Of a stretch of 64,000 nt of DNA, positions 1-13,019 are shown piece after piece. The stretch lies in NCBI RefSeq assembly GCF_009914755.1, contig NC_060945.1; one strand, 5' to 3'. The stretch is from the human T2T-CHM13v2.0 reference genome, Homo sapiens. Under the pieces are notes generated by a model. The model searched no databases and was not told where the DNA came from. It worked only from the letters and a program-made list of their open reading frames with translations. The position numbers and the translations under genes were made by a program. Position 1 is the stretch's first letter, and each line of letters starts with the position of its first letter.

Positions 1-204
1 TTCTGACTTTGCCAGGCAGTGGCATATGCGAGCATCTAGAAGCATTTTAACAGCAAATATATTCATTCCCAAAATTTTGAGTCACGATGAATATTTTGAA
101 CAGAAGTATTGTATTAATGTAGGTAGGTTTTCATTAACAAGGACAGTTACTAATTTTTAACTGACTCATTATCCACAACGAGAGAGAGAGAGATTGAGAA
201 CATG

Positions 205-608
205 TATGTAAACGGTGTTACAACTTCCTAAACACACTGCGCATGCTCACCTCCCAAGGGGAAGGAGGGCACTGCGCATGCGGGAAGCTCGTCCTAAGCG
301 AAGAGTCATGGGAAAGGGGTGCAAGACACCTGAAGTGGGCCAGCCTACAAAGTCCTAGGATCAAGGTTAAAGATTGCACTTGTCCTTCAAGTTGCCTGCT
401 TCAGTCTCTTCCAAGTGTACTTCCCTTTCTTTCCTGTTCTAAAGCTGTCTAAAATAAACTTCCACTCCTGCTCTGAAACTTGCCTCAGTCTCTTTTTGTG
501 CCTTATACCCCTTGGTCGAATTCTTTCCTCTGAGGAGGCAAGAATTGGTGTTGCTATAGAGCCATATGGATTCGCTGCCGGTAACTCAGATACCATCCAC
601 CAGTAACA
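205..608 (+). mobile_element. ERV1-class solo LTR (subfamily not assigned)
   Basis: Contains AATAAA (~453), then the ERV1-type U5 tail GAATTCTTTCCTCTGAGGAGGCAAGAATTG...GGATTCGCTGCCGGTAAC, and ends in ...GTAACA. 5' boundary approximate. Confidence 0.75.
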
Positions 609-1019
609 CATGTGGGCCATGATCAGTGATGTAACAAAATTAATTATGAATGGCATTTCATAGATGTTCCTGCTATCAGTCTTAATGGGCAGAAATCCAA
701 GAGCGGAGGCTGTGAGGGGTGTGGGGAAGAGGGAGATGCTGGATAAACATTTAGAGAAATATTACAAACAAAATTTTATATTTCCTCACTTTCCTATTAT
801 CCTTTCTCTTTTTATATATAGCTAATATCGGTTTTCCACTTTAATAAATAAGCTAATATAAAAATATGATTTCTAAAAACAGGAAGGTAAAATTTGAATT
901 GTCCTATTTTTAAATTTTGCAAACATCAATACCAAGATTTGGAACACTGTTAATTTGCAGATAGCCTAGCAGCATGACGTACCTTTTAAAACAGATTTCT
1001 TTTATTTTCTAATTTAGAA

Positions 1020-1471
1020 GTCATGGGATAAATTGCGTCCCCCCAAAATTCATGGCAGACCCCTAACCTGCAGTATCTCAAAACATGGCTTTACTTGGAA
1101 ATAAGGTCTTTATAGTGATAATCAAATTTAAATGAGGCCATTAGGATGGGTGCCAGTTCAATATAAGTGGTGTCCTTATAGAATGGAGAAATATGGAGAC
1201 AGACACTGACACCCATAGAGGGAACATGAGGTAAAAACACTGGAAGAAGCCAGCCGTGTGACTGGCGTGATGTCTATAATACAAACCAACAAGAGCAAGG
1301 CTTGCCAGCCAGCGCCAGGTGCCGCAGGAGGTGAGCAAGGACCTCTCCAGAACTGTCAGGGAGAACATGGCCCTGCAGACACCTGAATTTTGGAGGTGTA
1401 AGCTCCAGAACTGTGAGAGAATCAGCTTCTATTGTGGTCATATGTTATGGAATCCCCAGGAAGCTCACACA
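1020..1471 (+). mobile_element. MLT1B/C-type MaLR LTR
   Basis: Typical MLT1 blocks: CCCCCAAAATTCAT, TTGGAAATAAGGTCTT, GGTGTCCTTATAGAA, CTCCAGAACTGTGAGAGAAT. Confidence 0.8.
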
Positions 1472-1992
1472 ATTTACTTCAGATTAAAGATAAAAAATCT
1501 ATTTCCAGAATATAATCAAAGGTTCAACAACGATATGCCTGAGGACATGACATTCTGGGAATAGATTATATTCTGGAAATAGCTTTCTTATCTTTAATCT
1601 AAATAAGCTGTGTGAGTTTCCTGGGGGTTTCCACAAAAAATTATCACAACAGGCCAGTCGCACATGTAATCCCAGCACTTTGGGAGGACAAGGTGGGCAG
1701 ATCACTTAAGTTCAGGAGTTTGAGACCAGCTTGGCCAACATGGTGAATCTCCTCATCTCTATTAAAAATACAAAAAAATTAGCTGGGCATGGGGATGGGT
1801 GCCTGTAATCCCAGCTATTCTGGAGGCTGAGGCACAAGGATTGCTTGAACCTGGGGGGTGGAGGTTGCAGAGAGCCAAGATTGCACCACTGCACTCTCTG
1901 TGACAAGAGTGAAACTCCATCTCAAAAAACAAACAAAAATTATCACAACAGAAGTTTAATCTCTTACAGTTATTGAGGCTACAACTCCAAAA
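1388..1992. repeat. Imperfect ~130-bp inverted duplication (arms 1388-1517 and 1564-1651 plus 1951-1992), right arm split by an Alu
   Basis: The reverse complement of the right arm (Alu removed) aligns end to end with the left arm at roughly 80% identity, e.g. AGATTAAAGATAA..ATTTCCAGAATATAATC. Confidence 0.9.
1652..1934 (+). mobile_element. AluS element
   Basis: Dimeric Alu with A-rich tail and 16-bp TSD AAAAATTATCACAACA (1636-1651 and 1935-1950). Confidence 0.95.
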
Positions 1993-2060
1993 CAGAACCA
2001 AGGTTTGGGTTACATAAAGGAATGCTGGGATCAAAAAAGATAATGATGTAGCTGAGATTA

Positions 2061-2520
<460 letters not shown>

Positions 2521-3980
2521 CTCTTCCTTGTTCATTTCATAAACTTAAAAACAAAAATACAGCTTTTTTTCTGTTTTAGTATAATTCTAAAGAATATATT
2601 TACTTCCAATCTTATAGTTTCTAATCCACCTTCAGCATGTATATACACACACACATGCATGTGTATCCATAAACATATATAAACATACACATGTTAACTA
2701 TATATGTTATATATGTGAACATGAATAAACTATGTATATATGGATATCTATCTATATATAATATCCTTTTGTAGGGGGCAGAATAAAGGACAATGAAGCT
2801 AAACTTTTCAGTAAATTTCACTTTGCTTGCTGGTCAATCAAGAGCTTCTCCAAATCTCATGTTTGATTGTTAAATTTGCACCTGTGAACACACATGGATT
2901 GGGGTCAGAGGGTGTGGCTGGCCCCATACTACTCCATTGGTAGCACTGGAAGAAAAGACCGACTCTGGACTGTATCCAGCAAAGCCAGGCACAATTGTCA
3001 GGGGCTTGTGCCCTGGGGCTAGCTAAGCAGGAGGCAGACTTCCTAAACTAGCCTGACTGCTGTCACAGTTAACAGAAGCTGCATAGATGGGTCTGCCTAC
3101 AATGGTCACAAATGTTGTCACTTTACAAGATCCATGGACAGTTTGTTGGAAAACCTGTGCTGCTTCCTTTTCTCTCCATTTGTCCTTTCATTGGCCATTC
3201 AGTAATTTGGCGAGGTGGTCTATGGGCATTTTCACGAGTGGACGTTGCCTGCTGTGGGAACAGTTCACGGCATCTATGTGTCTATACTACTATGCATCTG
3301 TGACTACTTTCAGAAATAGGAAATTTGTCATCTCGTTATACATTCTAAATTGTTAAAGGTTCATAATGTAAATGGCAATATTAAAGTTGTCAAAGGCCAC
3401 ATTTCACTATTTATTTTGTTTTTAGATGTCAATGTCATAAAAGATAAGTGTTCTAGAGAGTACTATGACATGAGAGATGAAGAAAAGTACAAGATACTTT
3501 CCCAGAGGCATAACTCAAAGGGCTGGAGCCTAGGAAAGAGGCCCAGCAAGCTTTGTTGTGTGCTTCCTAGGAGCACCAGCTAGTGACCACAGCAAACATG
3601 ACAATGGGAATGGTGTCATTTGGGCTGGGGGGTTGGAGCAGCACACACAGGACAATGTCCACAGTCATTCTCCTCAGTCAAGCCCAAACCGTCATCTTGG
3701 CTCACATTTGCTCTTTCTTCATTGGTACTTGGCTAACACTTTGAAAAAAAAATCTAGTGTGCAAGGGTACTATCCCTATTTGTGGGAATACTTATTACAG
3801 GGGGTATAATAAGCAGCTCCCTAGGTGTCAGCCCCGGGACCTGATGCTGTCAGCCGTCTGAGATACCAGAAGCTTGAGTGTTCTGATTCCAGGCTCACCA
3901 AGCAACCTTCTGGCCACAGCACTCTCTGCAATGAGCCTTGAAGACAGCGAGCAGGGCATACAGGAGAGGGGCCTAGGTGG

Positions 3981-4200
3981 CCCAGCTGACTGCTGCTCTG
4001 GTCATGGACCTGTCTGTCCCAGCTGACCAGACCACTGTCATTGGAATGGGGCTGTCTGTCCTAGCTGATCACTGTCCTGGGCATGAACCCGTGTGTCCCA
4101 GCTGATCACTGTCCTGGGCATGAACCCGTGTATCCCAGCTGACCATGGCCCTCGGCATGAACCCATGTGTCCCAGCTGACCATGGCCCTGGGCATGGGCC
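3981..4200. repeat. 37-bp minisatellite, ~6 copies (CCCAGCTGACCACTGTCCTGGGCATGAACCCGTGTGT)
   Basis: Unit starts at 3981, 4018, 4060, 4097, 4134 and 4171. Confidence 0.9.
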
Positions 4201-4939
4201 ATTCATATACTGACAAACTCAATTGTTCAATAGGTTAATGGGAGCTTTGTTACCATGAACCAGAATTACCAAACCCCCTCCAATCTGGGTCAGTATCAGG
4301 ATCGTTTTTCAGAGTCTAGAAGGCTAAGGTCAGACCTCAAGTAGAAGAGATTTGCCAAACACAATGCCCACCTGCAGTCAACATTCAGAATCCCTGGCCT
4401 TCCCTCTGTGAATGAAACCTCAGCTCCCTTATTGCTACCCACTTTGCAGCACTTTATGCAAAATCTCTACAGCACAGTAAACACAGGGAAAGAGTTAGGG
4501 AGAGGATAAGCTGCCCCATTGGCTTTGTCATTGGAAGAATGCTGCAGATTCTCATCCTGATGCATCAAACCAAACCAGACACAAGCTAGGGAGGCTATGC
4601 TCACGGCTGCCTGCCGCATGTGGCCTGGTGCTGCTATGTCTTCCTGTGAGCTTTGATTGAAGATGTCATCCAGTTGAGGTCAGTTAAGTATTGTGTTCTG
4701 GATGAATATCAGCACTGAGGCAGAAAGCCCCATTTTTTTAAAGGGAATTTCCCAAATGATACTGATTAATCAGCTGAATTTTGATCCTAAATTCTTCCAG
4801 ACCTTGACCCATTATACTTTGTGCTACACTGTATCATCTTCGCTCTGGGAGAGCTCCATCTTTCTTGTCTGTCCTCACAGTCCAGGTCCAGTCTGATCTA
4901 CTATGAAGGGGAATCTGCCTTTAAGTTTCTGAAATTTAG

Positions 4940-5466
<527 letters not shown>

Positions 5467-6042
5467 TAAACGAGAAGGCAGAACTATCTCCAAACAGGAT
5501 ATGCAAATTTACTAATTCCCTCTAGAGCAAATATCCATATTTAGTGTCGTGGGGCTGTGTGTTTCAGCTGGCCGCTGCCCTGGGCATAGGCATGTTGTGT
5601 CCCAGCTGACCACTGACATGATATCGTTCTACTTCCTTTATCATACAGCGACCTAATACACACACACACACACACACACACCATTTCATGTGACTCCTTT
5701 CATTTAGGAATATAAAATATAATGAAAGTTGCATTAGTGTATGAAAACTTTGCATTTTAGGTACTTTTTCAAGCATCACTGTAACCCCTTGCAGCATGGC
5801 ACTTTTGACAGCCCCCACATGGCTACTGAGTACATACTGTATAGGAGGCTCTGAGCTTGCTAGGCAAGGGAGATGAACTGGCAACAAGACATAATCTTTG
5901 CTCTCCCATGGTGCTTAAAGTTGTATCCAAATTTTCAATGTTATTATATGGCACCAACAAAATATAATAATGTTTTTCATTGCAAACACAACTGCAGATT
6001 TCCAATTTTTTGCAAAATGTCTTTTGCAAAATATAATTTTAA

Positions 6043-6600
<558 letters not shown>

Positions 6601-7062
6601 AAGTACTCCAGAATATGTTACTTATTTTACTTATTTGATAAACACTTTCTGGATTTTTTCTATGCTGGGCGCTATTCCAGATGGTGAGATGCAAAATATA
6701 ATAAGACATGACCTCTTTCCTTAATGCAATTTTGGGTCATAGGAATTAAAGTTACTAATATCTCCTTAAAAATGACCAAGAAAAGAGCCTTCAGAGCAAC
6801 TCTATTAAAAGTCATTAAGACCTTGTGTAAAATACAAATGAACAAAAAATAATTTTTCCTAATATCCAGTAATCTGAAGAGTACCCTCACACACATAGAG
6901 GGGGCTGGTCGCTGCTTGTCACCTCTTGCTAAAATCCAGCACTCTGCACATTGCATTTGATGGAGAATTAATCTTCATACCTTCACTCACAGCCTAGCTC
7001 AGTGCTATTTTAGGTACAGTTTTAGCAACACAATGTTTTCTACAAGTTGATGTAGAGACAGC

Positions 7063-7504
7063 TGTGATGGTTAATACTGAGTGTCAACTTGATTGGATTG
7101 AAGGATACAAAGTATTGATCCTGGGTGTGTCTGTGAGGGTGTTGACAAAGGAGATTAACATTTGAGGCAGTGGGCTGCGGAAGGCAGACCCACCCTTAAT
7201 TTGTTGGGCACAATCTAATCAGCTGCCAGCAAATATTAAGCAGGCAGAAAAACATGAAAACAAGGACTGGCCTAGCCTCTCAGCTTACATCTTTCTCCCT
7301 GGCTGGATGCTTCCTGCTCTCGAACATTAGACTCCAAGCTCTTCAGTTTTGGGACTCGAACTGGCTCTCCTTGCTCCTCAGCTTGCAGACAGCCTCTTGT
7401 GAGATCCTATGATTGTGTAAGTTAATACGTAATAAACTCCCCTATATATATACACACATATCTATCCTATTAGTTCTGTCCTCTAGAGAACCCCAATTAA
7501 TACA
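7063..7504 (+). mobile_element. MLT2A1/A2 (HERV-L) solo LTR
   Basis: Starts TGTGATGGTTAATACTGAGTGTCAACTTGATTGGATTGAAGG and ends CTAGAGAACCCCAATTAATACA. 5-bp TSD ACAGC/ACAGT. Confidence 0.95.
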
Positions 7505-7507
7505 ACA

Positions 7508-7700
7508 GTGAAGAGTGGTTTTCAGGGCCCTGGCTCTACCGCTGGACTCCTGTCTATCTTCCTCCTGTGTAGCTTTACTGCCGGCTTCGCCTCTTTGGGC
7601 CTCATTGTCACAATCTGTAAACAGAGGTTTTGGGAAAGTCAAATGAGATACCGTGTGCGACGCACTTGGGGCAGAACACACAGCACGTGCTTCACACATC
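7508..7700 (+). mobile_element. Degenerate MIR
   Basis: GGGCCTCATTGTCACAATCTGTAAA...TCAAATGAGATA resembles the MIR core. Confidence 0.5.
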
Positions 7701-8028
7701 TTTACCGGCATTCTTCTTCTCTAGCTGTACAACTAGAAGGTGGTAAGGGTGGAGGCAGCAGTGAGAGAGAAGCCGCTACTGAGACAGCTGGAGAGGGAGA
7801 AAAACAACTGCAAAATCTTACAAATGAAAACCAGCAATTCGAAAAGCAAAGCAGTCTGAGAATATGGAGCATCTCTATGTTATACAGAATCTCTGCGAAG
7901 ATAAATAGAACAAAAATAGTTATCCTGCCACATCTTCATTATCTCTCATTTAAAAGGGCTGATGTTATGCAAAGATTTTCAGAAAAACTTCCATCTAAAC
8001 TAATTGAAATCTCATGTAATGGGGTGTA

Positions 8029-8651
8029 CAACTGGCCCCTGAACAACCCAAGTTTCTGCAGTTTCACTGATACACAAATTTTCTTCTGCCTCTGCCCCTC
8101 CTGAGATGAATCCTTCTCCCCCTTCCTCCTCCTCAGCCTATTCAATATGAAGACAATGAGGACAAAGACCTTTATGACACCTCAGCCTACTCAATGTGAA
8201 AACAAGGACAAAGACCTTTATGATGATCCACTTCCACCTAATGAACTACTCAATGTGAAGACGATGAGGACAAAGACCTTTATGACTCCTCAGCCTACTC
8301 AATGTGAAGACGATGAAGACGGAGACCTTTATGACTCCTCAGCCTACTCAATGTGAAGATGATGAAGACGAAGACCTTTATGATGATCCACTTCCACCTA
8401 ATGAATAGTAAGCATATTTTTTTATTCCTTATGATTTTCTGAATAATGTGTTCATTTCTCAAGATTATTGTAAGAGGACAGTATCTAAAATATATAATGC
8501 AAAAAATATGTCAATCAACTGTTTATCAGTAAGGCTTCCAGTCAGCAGTAGGCTACTATATTGAAGTTTTGGGGAGTAAAATGTTATATGCAGATTTCTG
8601 GCTGCCTGAGCAGTCAGTACCCCAACTGCTGCATTTTTCTAGAGTCAACCG
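8029..8651 (+). mobile_element. Tigger2a (MER28) DNA transposon with an internal 49-bp tandem expansion
   Basis: TA-flanked, TIR-like ends CAACTGGCCCCTGAACAAC / GAGTCAACCG, diagnostic CTCAGCCTACTCAATGTGAAGACGATGAGG...GATCCACTTCCACCTAATGAATAG. Confidence 0.9.
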
Positions 8652-9469
<818 letters not shown>

Positions 9470-9604
9470 TAGGACACAGCTAATTATCTTGCCCTAAAAT
9501 AGATGCCCCTTTTCATCAACGAAGCCAGAAGATGAGCTATGAATAGATATAGTAAAGGAAAAAAGTAGTCAGTGCCCTTCATTTTGACATGCATCAACTT
9601 ACTA

Positions 9605-9761
9605 AATCTCAAAGCAATTATATGGCTTAGGTGAGATAATCTCTGTCATACAGGTGAGGAAACTGAGGCCCAGAGGGTGAAGTCATGTGCCCAGGTTCCA
9701 CGGTAGCTGAGCTGGGTTTGCACCTGGGGAAGTCTGAGCCTGAAACCTACTCTCTTAACCA
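9605..9761 (-). mobile_element. MIR
   Basis: Core ACAGGTGAGGAAACTGAGGCCCAGAGGGTGAAGTCATGTGCCCAGG. Confidence 0.8.
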
Positions 9762-9919
9762 GGTTGACCCATCGCCTCTCGTTTGTTCTTCTTTCCCAGC
9801 TGTGAAAGCCAACATTTCTGCTGTAACCATTTTCTATCTGTTTCAAATTATAAGCAATTTACAGATACAAAAAAAATCAGTCACATTTCTTCTTCATTCA
9901 TTAATATACCTGTCAAAAT

Positions 9920-10213
<294 letters not shown>

Positions 10214-10499
10214 GAGCACCTGCAGCAGGCAGGCACCAGCTGCACGGGACCAACACAGAAAGCATGACATCTGCCTGTTCATATGGGCTCCTTCTGCTTT
10301 GACTGGCCCCATCTCCAACCCCTGCACGGGACTGCATTTTTCTTTGAAGATGATTTTCCTATAATTCAATTATTAAGGAATGAAAACAAAAGCTTGGAGA
10401 GAGTTGGATTTGTTCACACTGTTGGCGGATGGCAGAGGTAGGATTTATTTTTTTCTATCTCTCTTCCAGTTTAGGGAAATGGCTAGCAAGAGACTGCAC

Positions 10500-10813
10500 A
10501 ATGTCACCTGAAGTGGATGACATCACTTGAAATAGGTGACATCATCTGAGGTGGATGTCACCTGAGGTAGATGATATCACCTGAAGTGGATGATGTCACC
10601 TGAGGTAGATGATGTCACCTGAGTTGGATGAGGTCACCTGAGTTGGATGAGGTCACCTGAGGTGATGACATCATCTGAGGTAGAAGATATCACCTGAGCT
10701 GGTTAATGTCACCTGAGGTAGATGATGTTACATGAGGTAGGTGATTTCACCTGAAGTGGACGATGTCATCTGAAGTGGATAATATCACCTGCGTTGGGCG
10801 ATGTCACCTGAGG
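10500..10813. repeat. 19-bp minisatellite, ~16 copies (GATGTCACCTGAGGTGGAT)
   Basis: TCACCTGA or TCATCTGA recurs about every 19 bp across the interval. Confidence 0.9.
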
Positions 10814-12204
10814 CAGCTGGAGTCCACACCACATGGTTTCACCTGGGAAGGGCCAGTGACTTCCAAGGGGCATCTAGACCGCCTTTCTTCTTCCAAACTG
10901 GGTATTTCATTCTGGCCCTCGCATGGCTGCCTGTCCTAATGCAGTTCCACAACTTTCCTTACCAGCCTTGTCATCACCATTTTCCTTTTAATCATGTTTA
11001 CACACACATGATCACGTGGTGGCAGAGCACACTTATTCTCAAACATTAATGCCACACAAAGTCCACCAGGACAGGATACGTTTAACCCTTTCAGCTTGTA
11101 CAGCCAGAGCAGGTGTGAACACACAACATGGAGGCAGAGAGCAGTGTGCTCATGCCAACACGGAGACGCCAACAACGGCGTCAAACATCAGCAAATGAGA
11201 AATCACACATCACCTTTCCAGTGTCTTAGAGTTAAACAAAACCCTTTCTTGAAAAACAGATTATTTGAATTTAGGCTTAGAATCAAATGGCTGAACTCAA
11301 ACTCTATCTGGACGCTGGCAAGACCATGCACACTACAGGATGGTAGCCACTGTAGGATGGTAGCTCAGCCTGGGGGCTGGGGACACAGGCTGCAGTAATT
11401 GCTTCTCATAATGGTGCATTATGCTAGGAAAACAAGGTGAGCAATTTTCCTAATCAGGCCATCAGGTGGAAATAATTAAACAAAATAATGCAGCAGCACC
11501 TCAATTATAATTGCAAAAAGCAGTCCTGATATGCCCTGTGTATAATGAAGGAAAATAATTTTTGAATTTGTGTAATTATTTGTTATTCTCAATAAACCTA
11601 TATTGATCATTATCAATACAACATGTGTCACAAAAAAACACCCGATTAGACACTAAATCCAGATATTGGGGAGAATGTACAATCACTGATATCTACAAGA
11701 CCCACTTCAGCTATGAATGATTATTTCCTCACAGCCTTGAGAGGTAGCCACAATTAGCCTTGTTTGTTGAGTGGGACAAGTAGGAAACGAAGAAAGAACA
11801 TGGCCCTAGGATGACCTTTTGAGACAGGCCATCCTATCCTGAAAGACCTACATTGTCCCCAACAAGTGCTCTAGAAAGTTTTCCAATAATGGAATCGATC
11901 AGTGATAGACAAATGGTAGGGAGCGGACAAGATCTCTCCTTAGGCAGGAGGTGGCAGAGATTACCCCGGAATCACCCTTTTCCAGTTCTGAAGTCTGGTG
12001 GCTGCGGTGTGAGGTGGCGTGGCACACCAGTGGCCTTGCCCCGCAGCTGCCAAGCGGAATCCTCTTGGCTTAAAGGAAAATCCTGTGAGCCCGCAGCTGC
12101 TCAAAGTGCAGCCTTGTTGCTAGATGATTTATTAAATCCTTGCATTCTTTCAACTTCTCTAATGTTTGTTTGATTTAGTTGGTATTATGCAGCAAACAAA
12201 ACAA

Positions 12205-12610
12205 CAAATTTTATAGTTTTACATTTCAGATTTAAGCCTGGGATCCATTCTGAGTGAATTTTTGTATAATCTTTATGTCAAACCCTGGTGACACAAGTTT
12301 ACCTTTATAACAAACCTGAACATGTACCCCTGAACCTAAAAATGAAAGTTTAAAAATTAATAAATAATACAAATTTAAAAACTGTATCTACCAAAAAAAA
12401 AAAAAAAAGCTATGAGATTTAGGTGAAGGTTCATTTCTTTGCCTATGCATATCCAATTGCTCTTGTACTGTTTTATGGAAACAAGACTATCATCCCTCCT
12501 TTGAATTGCTTTTGTACCTTTGTCAAAAATCAGCTGAGCATATTTGTGTGGGTCTATTTCTGGGTTCTCTATTCAGTTTCACTGATCTCTATGCCTATCC
12601 CTTTACCTAT
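12205..12610 (-). mobile_element. Old L1M ORF2 fragment (antisense), interrupted
   Basis: GATCCATTCTGAGTGAATTTTTGTATAA ... CCTTTGTCAAAAATCAGCTGAGCATATTTGTGTGGGTCTATTTCTGGG. Confidence 0.85.
12270..12408 (+). mobile_element. Older L1PA (PA13-16-like) 3' end with poly(A)
   Basis: AAACCCTGGTGACACAAGTTTACCTTTATAACAAACCTGAACATGTACCCCTGAACCTAAAA. Confidence 0.85.
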
Positions 12611-12611
12611 A

Positions 12612-13019
12612 CAGACAGTTCCTGTCCGATGGTTTGACTTAGGATTTTTGCACTTTACACTGGTGCAAAAGTGATACCCATTCAATAGAAACCATACTTT
12701 GAATTTTGATCTTTTCCCAGGCTAGCGATATGTGATATGATACCCTCTCATGATGCTGAGCAGCAGCAGGGTGCCACAGCTCCCAGTCAGCCATGGAATC
12801 AAGAAAAACAACCATGAGACATTCAACACATTTTACAAGACGGACTTGTTAGATGATTTTGCCCAACTGTAGGCTAATGTGGGCATTCTGAGTGTTTGAG
12901 GTAGGCTAAGTATGATGTTCAATATGTTAGGCATATTAAATGCATTTTCAGCTTAAGATATTTTCAATTTAGGATGAGTTTATCAGGACATAACCCCATC
13001 ATAAGTCAGGGAGCATCTG
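12612..13019 (-). mobile_element. MER47-family (TcMar-Tigger) MITE
   Basis: TA-flanked. Ends ...AACCCCATCATAAGTCAGGGAGCATCTG, with internal GATGATTTTGCCCAACTGTAGGCTAATGT. Confidence 0.85.

Noticed and set aside
7725-7742. 18-nt in-frame micro-exon candidate (CTCTAG|...GTG|GTAAGG)
   Set aside because: No host coding gene is visible and such signal pairs are common by chance. Only the acceptor is mentioned, as a possible LTR splice target.
8147-8356. Repetitive 69-aa ORF (KTMRTKTFMTPQPTQC)
   Set aside because: Translation of the 49-bp tandem expansion inside Tigger2a.
10500-10813. CRISPR-like appearance of regularly spaced palindromic repeats (also 3981-4200)
   Set aside because: Units are contiguous with no unique spacers, there are no cas genes, and the DNA is primate. 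These are minisatellites.
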